Below are positions 17,630-26,700 of a DNA stretch of 64,000 nt, in pieces. The stretch is from IMG/VR virus record IMGVR_UViG_3300030380_003294, one strand, 5' to 3'. The notes under the pieces were generated by a model. The model made no database searches and was not told the origin of the DNA. It saw nothing but the letters and a program-made list of their open reading frames with translations. This stretch comes from a virus. The number at the start of each line of letters is the position of its first letter. Within the stretch, counting starts at the first letter, position 1. Made by a program: the position numbers and the translations under genes.

Positions 17630-17725
17630 TTAAAGTGTAGTATACGCTAATGGAAATAGAGTAAACATTGCTGTGCCAATTATACCAAATAAAATTGCTG
17701 CTGAAACGACTGTATGTCTTTCCAT
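17630..17725 (-). CDS. 31-aa single-TM peptide upstream of PTOX (possible NdhQ-like)
   Basis: Manual translation MERHTVVSAAILFGIIGTAMFTLFPLAYTTL; the stop lies 1 nt from the PTOX ATG. Not in the ORF track. Confidence 0.55.
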   Translation of the reverse strand: MERHTVVSAAILFGIIGTAMFTLFPLAYTTL

Positions 17726-17777
17726 AGTTGAACATATAAAGACGTAACTACTTATAATAGTAACTAAGTCTTTATAC

Positions 17778-18029
17778 TTAGTCCTGTTCGGATTTCCTGT
17801 TATTTCTTTCGTATTCTTCCATCAATCCTGCAATCATTCCACGACGATATTCCCATGTCTGTCCACTAGTAGAACCCTTACATGGATTGATACATCGTTC
17901 ATCACCATAATCATTACATACAAGTCCTGCTAGATCATGAGGACACCCTTCTTTTCCTGTAGACCAGAAGAGTTGTCCTCCCATCCATTTCGCATCACAC
18001 TTGGGACACACCTTTGTGGAGAAGTCCAT
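17778..18029 (-). CDS. Cys-rich hypothetical protein (possible metal binding)
   Basis: CPKC...GCPHDLAGLVCN...RCINPC: 6 Cys in 83 aa. Confidence 0.75.
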   Translation of the reverse strand: MDFSTKVCPKCDAKWMGGQLFWSTGKEGCPHDLAGLVCNDYGDERCINPCKGSTSGQTWEYRRGMIAGLMEEYERNNRKSEQD

Positions 18030-18064
18030 ACGTTGTTAGTCGAAGATCTATTGTCTATTATATA

Positions 18065-19333
18065 TCAACAATTCCAAGCACGCAAGGATTTGCTCAATCT
18101 ATCTTCACCTGTGTTATTTGATGGTTTCTGTCTCTTTCTCATACCTTTCATTCTTGCACAGAAGGATGCCCGTCTGGGATTTCCAACCTTCTTTGAAGGT
18201 GCTTTAAGGTCAGATCCTGGATTCTCTTTTTCATAAGACTTTCGTCCTTTTTCATTGAGTCCTCCTTCTTTATTCTGTCCTGACTTTTTTGTCCATGCTG
18301 CTCCTTCTTCGACATTAGTGGTCTCCTCTTTTTTTACGCAGCGGTTGTACGTTTTACCAAAAAGTTTTTGAGTGCCTTTTTTCTCATAACCTTTCCAACA
18401 CTTCTTCGCTTCTTCAAAGGAGGTTTCTTCTCTATTGTATGCAGGAACTTTAGCACCTTTCACACCACGACGTGCTTTGTGCTCTTCCCTACGCTTCTCA
18501 ATAGTTTTACCTCGTTTACCCTCAGGGTCAAACATGCCAGGATCATCATGCCCAGGTCCACTTCTTCTATAGTTTCTGATAGATGCTTTACCGTAATCGC
18601 TACGACCTTTATCTACCTTTGCTTCATTCTGCAGATTGTCTAAGTCATCTAATGCTTCACTAGACCAATACACTTCTGCTTCTTCATTCTTAGGGCGACA
18701 GTCAGGTACTAACTTACCACCCTTCATTTTCATACCAACTTTTTTATGTGTTTTCCAACATTCTGCTTGAAACTCAGAGAAAGTTTTGAGTCCTTCAAAC
18801 TCTTCTTTCTTACTCTTGTTTCCCCAATTCTTTGCACCAACTTTTCGGCATTTGACAAGTGCACCGCTTGCATAAGCACTTGGCCAAACTGAATAACGAG
18901 ACTTTACCTTATGGTAACATGCATCCTTTTCACCTTCCGTAATTTCTTTTTTTGAATTAAGATGTTTCTTAATACGGTCGGACTGACCTTTATGCATCTT
19001 GGATGCACCATCAAGTTCTTTGGATAATTTTTTTAGGTTAAGTTCTTCTGTGTTCACGTTGATTGCCTTACCTTTACGATCAGGATTCGGATCTTTAGCA
19101 TTCTTGCGACGGAATGCTGCTTCCTCCTCATCCTTATTTAGGTTGCGTTTCATTTTACTTGAACCGCACTTTGGTTTTGTGGTCTGTCCAGGTTGTTTGG
19201 CACAGGGTTTTCCTGCATATTTGCCACCGAGTTGAACCCAACCAGGCTTGCCATCACTAGACCTACTCTTGCCAAACCAGTCACGGAGAGAATTATCACC
19301 GCTTTTGTTTTCAACGATCTTTTCATTATCCAT
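18065..19333 (-). CDS. Highly basic modular protein; putative internal head polyprotein
   Basis: 422 aa of Lys/Arg-rich modules separated by acidic linkers ending in Glu; internal LKTFSEFQAE. Confidence 0.75.
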   Translation of the reverse strand: MDNEKIVENKSGDNSLRDWFGKSRSSDGKPGWVQLGGKYAGKPCAKQPGQTTKPKCGSSKMKRNLNKDEEEAAFRRKNAKDPNPDRKGKAINVNTEELNLKKLSKELDGASKMHKGQSDRIKKHLNSKKEITEGEKDACYHKVKSRYSVWPSAYASGALVKCRKVGAKNWGNKSKKEEFEGLKTFSEFQAECWKTHKKVGMKMKGGKLVPDCRPKNEEAEVYWSSEALDDLDNLQNEAKVDKGRSDYGKASIRNYRRSGPGHDDPGMFDPEGKRGKTIEKRREEHKARRGVKGAKVPAYNREETSFEEAKKCWKGYEKKGTQKLFGKTYNRCVKKEETTNVEEGAAWTKKSGQNKEGGLNEKGRKSYEKENPGSDLKAPSKKVGNPRRASFCARMKGMRKRQKPSNNTGEDRLSKSLRAWNC

Positions 19334-19985
19334 AATGGTATGCAGGTTTGTTAGTTTTACCTAGTTTGCCTTTTCTGACCTTTGTGCCAGAAGTTTCTCC
19401 AAAACCACCAGGATTTTTACCTGGTTTTGCTTTACCTAAAGTCATAGACTTATCAGGTTTTTTGTTCTCAGTATCATGAAGTCTAGCAGGTTTACCTGCT
19501 TTCTTAGTGATCACTGATTCTTGACCATGCTTTCTACCGAGACGACGCATGACCTTGCCGAAACGTCTCTTAGACATTCCCTTTCCAGGACTCGTTTGGT
19601 ATGAAACCTCACGTCCTGTACCTTCGCCTGATGAATATTTATATTCACCAACGCCTTTTTTGTATCCAATTCCTTTTTTCTTTAAATCTTTTTCGAGAGA
19701 CTTTCTACTTTCTCTGTTTTTCTTTTCGTCAGTTCCACGGTCAGCAGAAATATTGCCAGTCGTTTTAGACTGTGCTTTGGAAAGCATTCTTGTGGTAGGA
19801 TTGCCTTCAACTAGTTTGATAAAATCTTTGTAGTACATAACTTTTAGATTTTCTTTTTGTGCTAATTTATTTGCTGTTGCGTACATTACGCTTTTAGCAT
19901 CATCACCGTAAAGGCGTTTGAAACTTTTACCTTTACGTTTCATTGCCTTTACGATCTTTTCTGCTTTCTGGTTAACTGCGGGCAT
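19326..19985 (-). CDS. Basic protein with putative SAM-lyase (T3 SAMase-like) domain
   Basis: ISADR...N..SR..L...L, GVGEY-x10-E-V-S and LGRKHGQESVI match the recalled SAM-lyase pattern. The domain is preceded by MYYKDFIKLVE. The ORF itself is secure; the function is inferred. Confidence 0.6.
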   Translation of the reverse strand: MPAVNQKAEKIVKAMKRKGKSFKRLYGDDAKSVMYATANKLAQKENLKVMYYKDFIKLVEGNPTTRMLSKAQSKTTGNISADRGTDEKKNRESRKSLEKDLKKKGIGYKKGVGEYKYSSGEGTGREVSYQTSPGKGMSKRRFGKVMRRLGRKHGQESVITKKAGKPARLHDTENKKPDKSMTLGKAKPGKNPGGFGETSGTKVRKGKLGKTNKPAYHYG

Positions 19986-19986
19986 C

Positions 19987-20526
19987 TTAACCTCCGACTA
20001 CTTGAACCTCTTCAACAACGATTGCACCAGAACCTGCAGTAATTTTAACTGCACGCTTGACTACTGCTTGCTTACCAGAGTATGCATATGTGTAATCAGC
20101 AGAAGCACTAGATGAATCAACATCAGTGCTAATAGAGTTAGGAGTTACAGCAGTAACTTTCTTACCTACAGTTCCTGCAGATAGAAAGTTTGAATCGATT
20201 GCAGGAGATGTACCGTCATCTTCTACAGCGATGAAATCATCAACAGAGAATGGATGAGTGTTTGTCATCTCACCGATGTTAGTTCCAAGTTGATAATCAG
20301 CAGTACTATCATCTACTGCTTTAGTAATTCTTGCTTGACCAGGTTTTGCTCCTGACTTAAGTAGAAGTGCTTGATTTTGTACCAATGTAATAGCAGGTCC
20401 ACCGTTGAATGATACAGTAGATGCTGCTGCTGTAGCAAGCACTCTATAGTATCCAGTTTGCACTACTTGATATTCAGTTGCAGATCCTGCAACAGCGTTC
20501 GTACTTAATACTTTTAATACAGGCAT
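19987..20526 (-). CDS. Hypothetical, probable virion structural (beta-rich) protein
   Basis: 179 aa rich in Ala/Thr/Val/Ser; late box CCTAAATA just upstream (about 20556-20563). Confidence 0.7.
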   Translation of the reverse strand: MPVLKVLSTNAVAGSATEYQVVQTGYYRVLATAAASTVSFNGGPAITLVQNQALLLKSGAKPGQARITKAVDDSTADYQLGTNIGEMTNTHPFSVDDFIAVEDDGTSPAIDSNFLSAGTVGKKVTAVTPNSISTDVDSSSASADYTYAYSGKQAVVKRAVKITAGSGAIVVEEVQVVGG

Positions 20527-20538
20527 TGTCGTGTCGAG

Positions 20539-20967
20539 TTATTTCGTGTCCTTTTTATTTAGGTCCTTTTGCTGCTTCAACATTTTTTGCAACTCGGCAG
20601 TGCTACCAACAAACATAGTGTTAGTAGTATTGTTTACAATCTTTGTGTCGTCAGCATCAAGTTCTTTCATCTTCTTTTGAAGATCGATCAACTTATCTGC
20701 TACATCTCCCACATTTTTGATAAGTTGCCCTGCAACTTCATAAGCGCGAGGATGATCCGATGATCTCGCCACGTCAAGTATCCCATCAACTGCCTCCTGA
20801 CCTTTCATGACCAGATTATGTAGTTGTGCTCTACTTACTTCGTAGTCTTGCTTAACATCTTGTGTGTCGGATTTCTTAAGAGTTGGTTTTACATTCTCAA
20901 CATGTTTTTGCAATTCGGAGGGTTCTGCTCCGAATGCATCATTCAAACCACCAAACGGATCTGCCAT
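20539..20967 (-). CDS. g16: Terminase small subunit gp16
   Basis: DYEVSRAQL, HPRAYEVAGQLIK and FVGSTAELQKML. Confidence 0.95.
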   Translation of the reverse strand: MADPFGGLNDAFGAEPSELQKHVENVKPTLKKSDTQDVKQDYEVSRAQLHNLVMKGQEAVDGILDVARSSDHPRAYEVAGQLIKNVGDVADKLIDLQKKMKELDADDTKIVNNTTNTMFVGSTAELQKMLKQQKDLNKKDTK

Positions 20968-21998
20968 TAGATTGCCTCATCATTACCACTTACGAAGTTT
21001 TTCTTCTTCATATCTGTAAACTCAGATTTCATTTCACCGAAACCAAAGTCATCATCACTATCTATAAGATCGTGATCTGCCTGATCTACCTTGAATACGT
21101 TAGCACCACTAGCATGTGCACCTGCAGTAGTTCCTTCATGTGCTCTAAGAACAGATAGACTTGTACCTGATACTTTAGTAACTCTCATCAACTCAGTGCC
21201 AATGTAGATATTATCAGACTTAGCAATACCACTTGCATCAGCAACTGCAATCAAGTTATCATTAGTATCAGCAGCAGCAGATAGAGTTGTAACAACGACT
21301 CCATCTCTGTCTTGAATAGACTGAGGTGTTGCCTGATAACGTACTTCTCTTGGTGCTTTGTTGACGTCTGTATTCGAGTAGTAATCGACGCTTGACTTCT
21401 TGATAACCTTGGACTCTGTAACAGGACCGTATAGGTATGTCTTTGCAGTAAAGGATAATGTATAGATGATTGCTCTACGTTGTGAGAAGTCTCCCTCGTA
21501 GGAATCTTCATACTCAATATTGTTTAGTACAACAGGGATATCTCTAATTTCACTCATCTCAGGCAGTAACTTAACTGCAAGATTATAATGAGGTTGGAAT
21601 ACTGGTAAGATTTGTTCTAAGATTTGCAAACCATCTTCTTGATTCTTGGAGATGATTGCCAACTCAAAACCAATATTATATGGCACAGGCATAAACACAT
21701 TTTTGTTTTTTGTGTTTGAACTTGCGATTTTAATTTTCTGTGTAGGTGCTACCTTTCTAGCACTATCGTAATTAACACCAGTGATCTCAAACCCAATACG
21801 GGGTAGAGTAATTTGAACCCGTTTGTTTGTAGGGTCAGGTACTTGGTCTAGACGCGCCAGGAACTTATCTTTTGGACCATATGCCAAAGGCACCTTCATC
21901 ACTTCATCTTGACGACGAAGTTCGATATTGTTGAATAAAGTTCCAAACGCAACAATAGTCTTTCTGAATATTTCGTGGTATGAGTAGTTTCCTAACAT
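20967..21998 (-). CDS. g15: Tail sheath stabiliser/completion protein gp15 (with extra C-terminal domain)
   Basis: FGTLFNNI, VPLAYGPKDKFL, LPRIGFE, PVPYNIGFEL and QILEQILP. Confidence 0.95.
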   Translation of the reverse strand: MLGNYSYHEIFRKTIVAFGTLFNNIELRRQDEVMKVPLAYGPKDKFLARLDQVPDPTNKRVQITLPRIGFEITGVNYDSARKVAPTQKIKIASSNTKNKNVFMPVPYNIGFELAIISKNQEDGLQILEQILPVFQPHYNLAVKLLPEMSEIRDIPVVLNNIEYEDSYEGDFSQRRAIIYTLSFTAKTYLYGPVTESKVIKKSSVDYYSNTDVNKAPREVRYQATPQSIQDRDGVVVTTLSAAADTNDNLIAVADASGIAKSDNIYIGTELMRVTKVSGTSLSVLRAHEGTTAGAHASGANVFKVDQADHDLIDSDDDFGFGEMKSEFTDMKKKNFVSGNDEAI

Positions 21999-22924
21999 TA
22001 GATTGTTCCATCAGTTACAGATCCGACCGTTCCGAATGGATTTGTTTCGGTGAAGTCGATAATATCATTATCTAAAGTCTCAAAGTCATTATTCTGATCA
22101 AACTCTGAGTTAGTATTATTGATTGTATTATATGTAGCAGTTGTCCAAGATGCGCTGCTAGTGCCTCCTGTGATCGTCTCAGGGACTGAGAACGTACCAG
22201 AACGATTGATAACAATAAGAGTCCTAGTACCAGAGTCAAATGACTTAACTTCAGCAGTAACATTGGATGTACCACCAGTTACAGTTTCACCTGCAGTAAA
22301 TGTACCAGATCCTCCTGCTACCAGACCAACTGTAATCGCATTTGCGAACGCAGTCTCGATAGCATCCAGATCTGTAATACCAGTATTAATTTCCTCATCA
22401 CTGAATTCAAAGAGTTCACACTGACATTCCCAAACATAACCTTTACCTAATTGGTAGAAAGGTTTCTCTGCTTCTACAAATGTAATTGAGAACAGGTGTT
22501 TAGTTACTGGGAACCAGATTAAATCCCCTTCGTTCGGTCTTCCTTCGACGTTAAGCGTTGTAGAGTCGTCAACATGCTCTTTAAATTTTTCACGGGAGAA
22601 TATAAAAGTTGTCTTGTCTTCGATACGGACTCCAAATTTGCTAAGTAACTCACCTTGCCCTTCCCATCCTTCAACATTATTGACATATGCTCGGATAGGT
22701 TTCGCGCTTTCAAATTTTGAATCCGAGTCTTCTCCAAAGACTGTATCTTTGTTGACAATCGTTCTCGGAACATAGTAAATATCTTGCCCATAAATTTCAA
22801 TAGTTTCTACAATAAGATTTTCAATGAACTTTTGCTCTTGTGCAGAACCGTTAATGTTCAGTCTTGCACTATTGCTATAGTCTGATTGTACATAATCCTG
22901 TGCGGGAGTGTTGGAGATTGCCAT
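21998..22924 (-). CDS. g14: Neck protein gp14 (with inserted beta domain)
   Basis: IEIYGQDIYYVPR, LSKFG, RPNEGDLIWFP, PFYQLGK and DFTETNPFG. Confidence 0.95.
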   Translation of the reverse strand: MAISNTPAQDYVQSDYSNSARLNINGSAQEQKFIENLIVETIEIYGQDIYYVPRTIVNKDTVFGEDSDSKFESAKPIRAYVNNVEGWEGQGELLSKFGVRIEDKTTFIFSREKFKEHVDDSTTLNVEGRPNEGDLIWFPVTKHLFSITFVEAEKPFYQLGKGYVWECQCELFEFSDEEINTGITDLDAIETAFANAITVGLVAGGSGTFTAGETVTGGTSNVTAEVKSFDSGTRTLIVINRSGTFSVPETITGGTSSASWTTATYNTINNTNSEFDQNNDFETLDNDIIDFTETNPFGTVGSVTDGTI

Positions 22925-22930
22925 TTCGGT

Positions 22931-23737
22931 TTACCCTACCAAGTCTAAAGGTGGAAGTTCATATGTTGATCTAATCTGTTCTTCAAGATCTTTCTTGAAT
23001 TGACTAGCATCATCTAAAATTTGTCTACCATTTAAGGTAACACCGCCAAGCATTTGAATACCATCATACTTACTTAGGTTCCTTCCCCATTGCTGTTGAA
23101 ATAATGCTTCGACATAATCCTTCAACCAGTTGTCGTTAAACATGTTTGTATATGTTGTAGGATCTTGCCTCAATGACATTTCAACTAATAGAAAATCACC
23201 CGCTGTCAAATCTGCCCAATCCATATCAAGATATAATCTACCTTGATGCTCATTAAATCGAACTCTACGATCTCTTTGTGAGTTAGTAACCCAGTCAAGA
23301 GTCTCAAGATACTGTGAAGTTAAGAAGTAATGTAGAATGTGTCCATGCGTCATAGCATAGATGTCATTCAAAAAGATCTGATACTTGATGTTAAAGATAT
23401 TTCCAGGAACGATACTTGACGCACCGATCTGAGAATACACATGGTTTACACCTAAAGTTCCAGGTGGCAGATCAACATAATTGTTTTGCTCAAACCAAGC
23501 ACTACCACCTGCTTGTGTAGTTCCTTGTGCTGCAGTTTTGATAGCATCAGTCACCTCAATTTTCATAAAGGTTTTGTAACTACCATTGTAGTGATACTCT
23601 TGGTAGTAGTCGATTGCCTCTTCGATTAAATCATCTAGTTGCTCATCGGCAACGTTGATGTCAATCGTAGGAAATCCTAATCTACGAAGAGCATAGTTCT
23701 TTAGTTCTGTTTTACTTGCGGGTCTAGTAGCAGACAT
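22931..23737 (-). CDS. g13: Neck protein gp13
   Basis: LKNYALRRLG.P.I.INV, WLKDY and QWGRNLSKYDGIQMLGGVTLNG. Confidence 0.96.
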   Translation of the reverse strand: MSATRPASKTELKNYALRRLGFPTIDINVADEQLDDLIEEAIDYYQEYHYNGSYKTFMKIEVTDAIKTAAQGTTQAGGSAWFEQNNYVDLPPGTLGVNHVYSQIGASSIVPGNIFNIKYQIFLNDIYAMTHGHILHYFLTSQYLETLDWVTNSQRDRRVRFNEHQGRLYLDMDWADLTAGDFLLVEMSLRQDPTTYTNMFNDNWLKDYVEALFQQQWGRNLSKYDGIQMLGGVTLNGRQILDDASQFKKDLEEQIRSTYELPPLDLVG

Positions 23738-23743
23738 AACTTA

Positions 23744-26700
23744 TTAACTGAATGAGGATATGGTCAAGGCGGTAACATCATTAGCACTGACGACTTCTCC
23801 TTTCTTGAAGAATCCGTCAACATTATCAACAGTGACTTGGTTAGTTCCAAGGGCAGTGATAACACCTGTGGTACCAGAAGTAGCACCAGTAACGGTTGCT
23901 CCAACTTCCATCGTTGTGATGTCAGTAAGAGTTAGAGTTGCATTAGTTGCAACGGTAGCAGTATTCACTGTACCACCTGATCCTGGGTTTGATCCATCAA
24001 GACCAGTTGGTTGAACAATAGTGATTGTCTCACCAACAGCATAACCAGTTCCACCGTCATTGATAGTAACGTTGGTAATTGCACCTGCGGATGCAGTAAT
24101 ATTTACAACCAAACTTGCAGATCCAGAACCTCCAGTCGTTGCTAGAGCAGTTCCTGTAACATAATTTGATCCACCTGTCAAGGTTGCCAAGTTGAACGAC
24201 AATACTTTACCTGCATTGGCGTTAGTGATTGTAACTGTATCTGTGATCAGATAGTCACTACCACCTGCATTAACTGCAGCAGCAGTGATGTTTCCATCAG
24301 CATCGACTGTGGTGTCAACAGTCAATCCAGTTGCACCAGATGCAGCACCAGAGGTTGCAACTCCAGTAGCAGCAGAGAATCCTCCACCACCACCGACACT
24401 AACACCAGTGGTAACAACTGCACCAGGAGTAGGATCACCAGACAAGTTCAAAGTCAGAGTAGTGCTAGTTGCAAGGTTAGTTAACATTGCTCTTAGTTGC
24501 TCATACGCATTATCAAGTTTTGCTTGAACTCTTGCTTCAGTGTAGTACTGGTTAGTTCCTTCTGCAAGGTTTGTAGTAGTCTTCTCAGAAAGATCGAGGT
24601 TACCACCAGTCTGCAGAGCGACACGAGCGTCTGCCCTAGCATTTGTATAGTAAAGGTTTGTACCCTCACTAAGATCACTAGTAGACTTAGCAGCAAGACT
24701 GAGGTTTGCACCAGTTGCAGCAGCAACACGGGCATCAGCACGGGCGTTAGTAAAGTAGAGGTTTGATCCTTCAGTAAGGTTTGCAGTAGTCTTAGCAGCA
24801 AGACGTGTATCAAAACGTGCATCAGTATAGAAGAGTTTGCTACCTTCAGTGATGTTGCTAGTATTGATATCTGCTTGAGTAACAGATAGTTCACCACTAC
24901 CAGACAACTCAATACCTGTTCCGTAAGTAAAGTGTGTCCTTGTTCGAGCAGCAGTGGTGAACAGGTTGCTTGATCCTTCAGTTACGTTATCAGTATCAAT
25001 ATCTGCTTGAGTTACAGTCAGTGTGTATGTATTCGCAGCATCGTTATATGCCTTAGTAATACCAGTTCCTGCTGTGATAAGAGCATTTACTCTATCATCA
25101 ACTCTTTCGTCAGTGTAGTAAAGGTTAGATCCTTCAGTAATATCTCCTGTGTTAAACTCAGTAAAGTCAATCGCCAAGTCAGCAGAGGTAAGTTTTACAC
25201 CTTTGCCATATGTGAAGTGAGTTCTGGTTCTTGCAGCAGTAGTAAAGAGGTTTGAAGATCCTTCAGTTACGTTATCGGTATTGATATCGGACTGAGTGAC
25301 CGAGAGTGTATATGTATTATTTGTATCATCATAAACTCTAGTGATACCAGTGCTTGCAACGAACAGAGCATTGATTCTGTCATCAACTCTTTCGTTAGTA
25401 AAGTAAAGGTTAGATCCTTCAGTAAGATCACCAGTGTCATGATTTGAGATGTCAGATACCTGACCAGTTACATTACCTACTAATGCAGCAGTAATAATGT
25501 TAGCAGCAAAGTTACCAGATCCGTCTCTAATTACTAGGTTGTTAGCAGAGTTACTACTCGCACTAGCAACGTTAATTGTAGTATTACCAGAAACACCATT
25601 AGCATTAGTAAGGGTAATTCCTGAGGAAGCGGTGACTTGGAGAGTTCTTTGGGCATAAGTTCCAGTTCCTGTACGAACGACATATCCTGTTCCAGACATG
25701 GCAGCAAGACCAGTGCTATCAGCATCAACAAACGTTGTGTTGATAGTAGGAGCAGAACTTCCATCTACAGATACAGAACCTTGAACAACACCTGCAAGGG
25801 TGAATGTTCTAGCAGTCTTCCAAGCGTCAGCAGTAGATGCGTTTCCTAAGAAACCTGCACCCGAACCTGTGCCAGAAGCAGCAGTAATTTGATTAGCAGC
25901 AAAGTCACCAGATGCATCACGATTAACAACTGTAGAGACTGTTGCAGCAGTCGCAGTTGTCATACCATCTAGTAAGTCTGCGTTAAGATTATTAATTTTA
26001 TCAGTTGTTGGAATGACAAGAGCAGGACCAGATGATACCTGAGAGATAATCTGACCATCAACAGTTGCAGTTCCATCAACATTTAAGTTATTATCAATGT
26101 CAACAGATGTACCTGCACCAGTGACATGGATAGAACCAATTCTTAATGCACCGTCAGTACCAGTGAATACTTCAGAGGAGTTACTTGCACTAGTTAAGAG
26201 TGCAAATTCTGAAGAGGATCTGTCAAAACCAAAGAAACCGAGTTTGGCAGAACCATCAAAGTAACGGAATTCAACACCACGATCTTTACCATCGTTAGAT
26301 GAAGGTGCAGTGTCGCCACCAACGGTGATGATAGGATCATCGATTGTAGTGACAGTGCTGTTAATAGTAGAAGTTGTACCATTAACGGTAAGGTTTCCAG
26401 TAACAACAAGATCAGATTGTAATGCTGTGTCGCCTACAACAGTTAGTTGACCTTGTGATACAACATTACCATTATCAGTATCAACTGTAAACTTATCTAC
26501 ACCAGAACCATTTTGAACTTTGAAGAACTTATTATCTGCTGTGACAGTAACATTATCGTGAGTTACCAAACCTCCAGAAATATCAGCACTACTATTAAGA
26601 TCTAATGCACCAGTTAATTCAGTGCCACCATAAACTCTCAATCCTTCACCAACAGCAAGGTTCTTAGCAATACCTGCACCACCACTGAGACGGAATGCAC

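Noticed and set aside
24520-25445. Regularly recurring DNA motif resembling a CRISPR or DGR-type array
   Set aside because: The repeats are in-frame, degenerate at synonymous positions and irregularly spaced; no cas or reverse-transcriptase gene is in the window.
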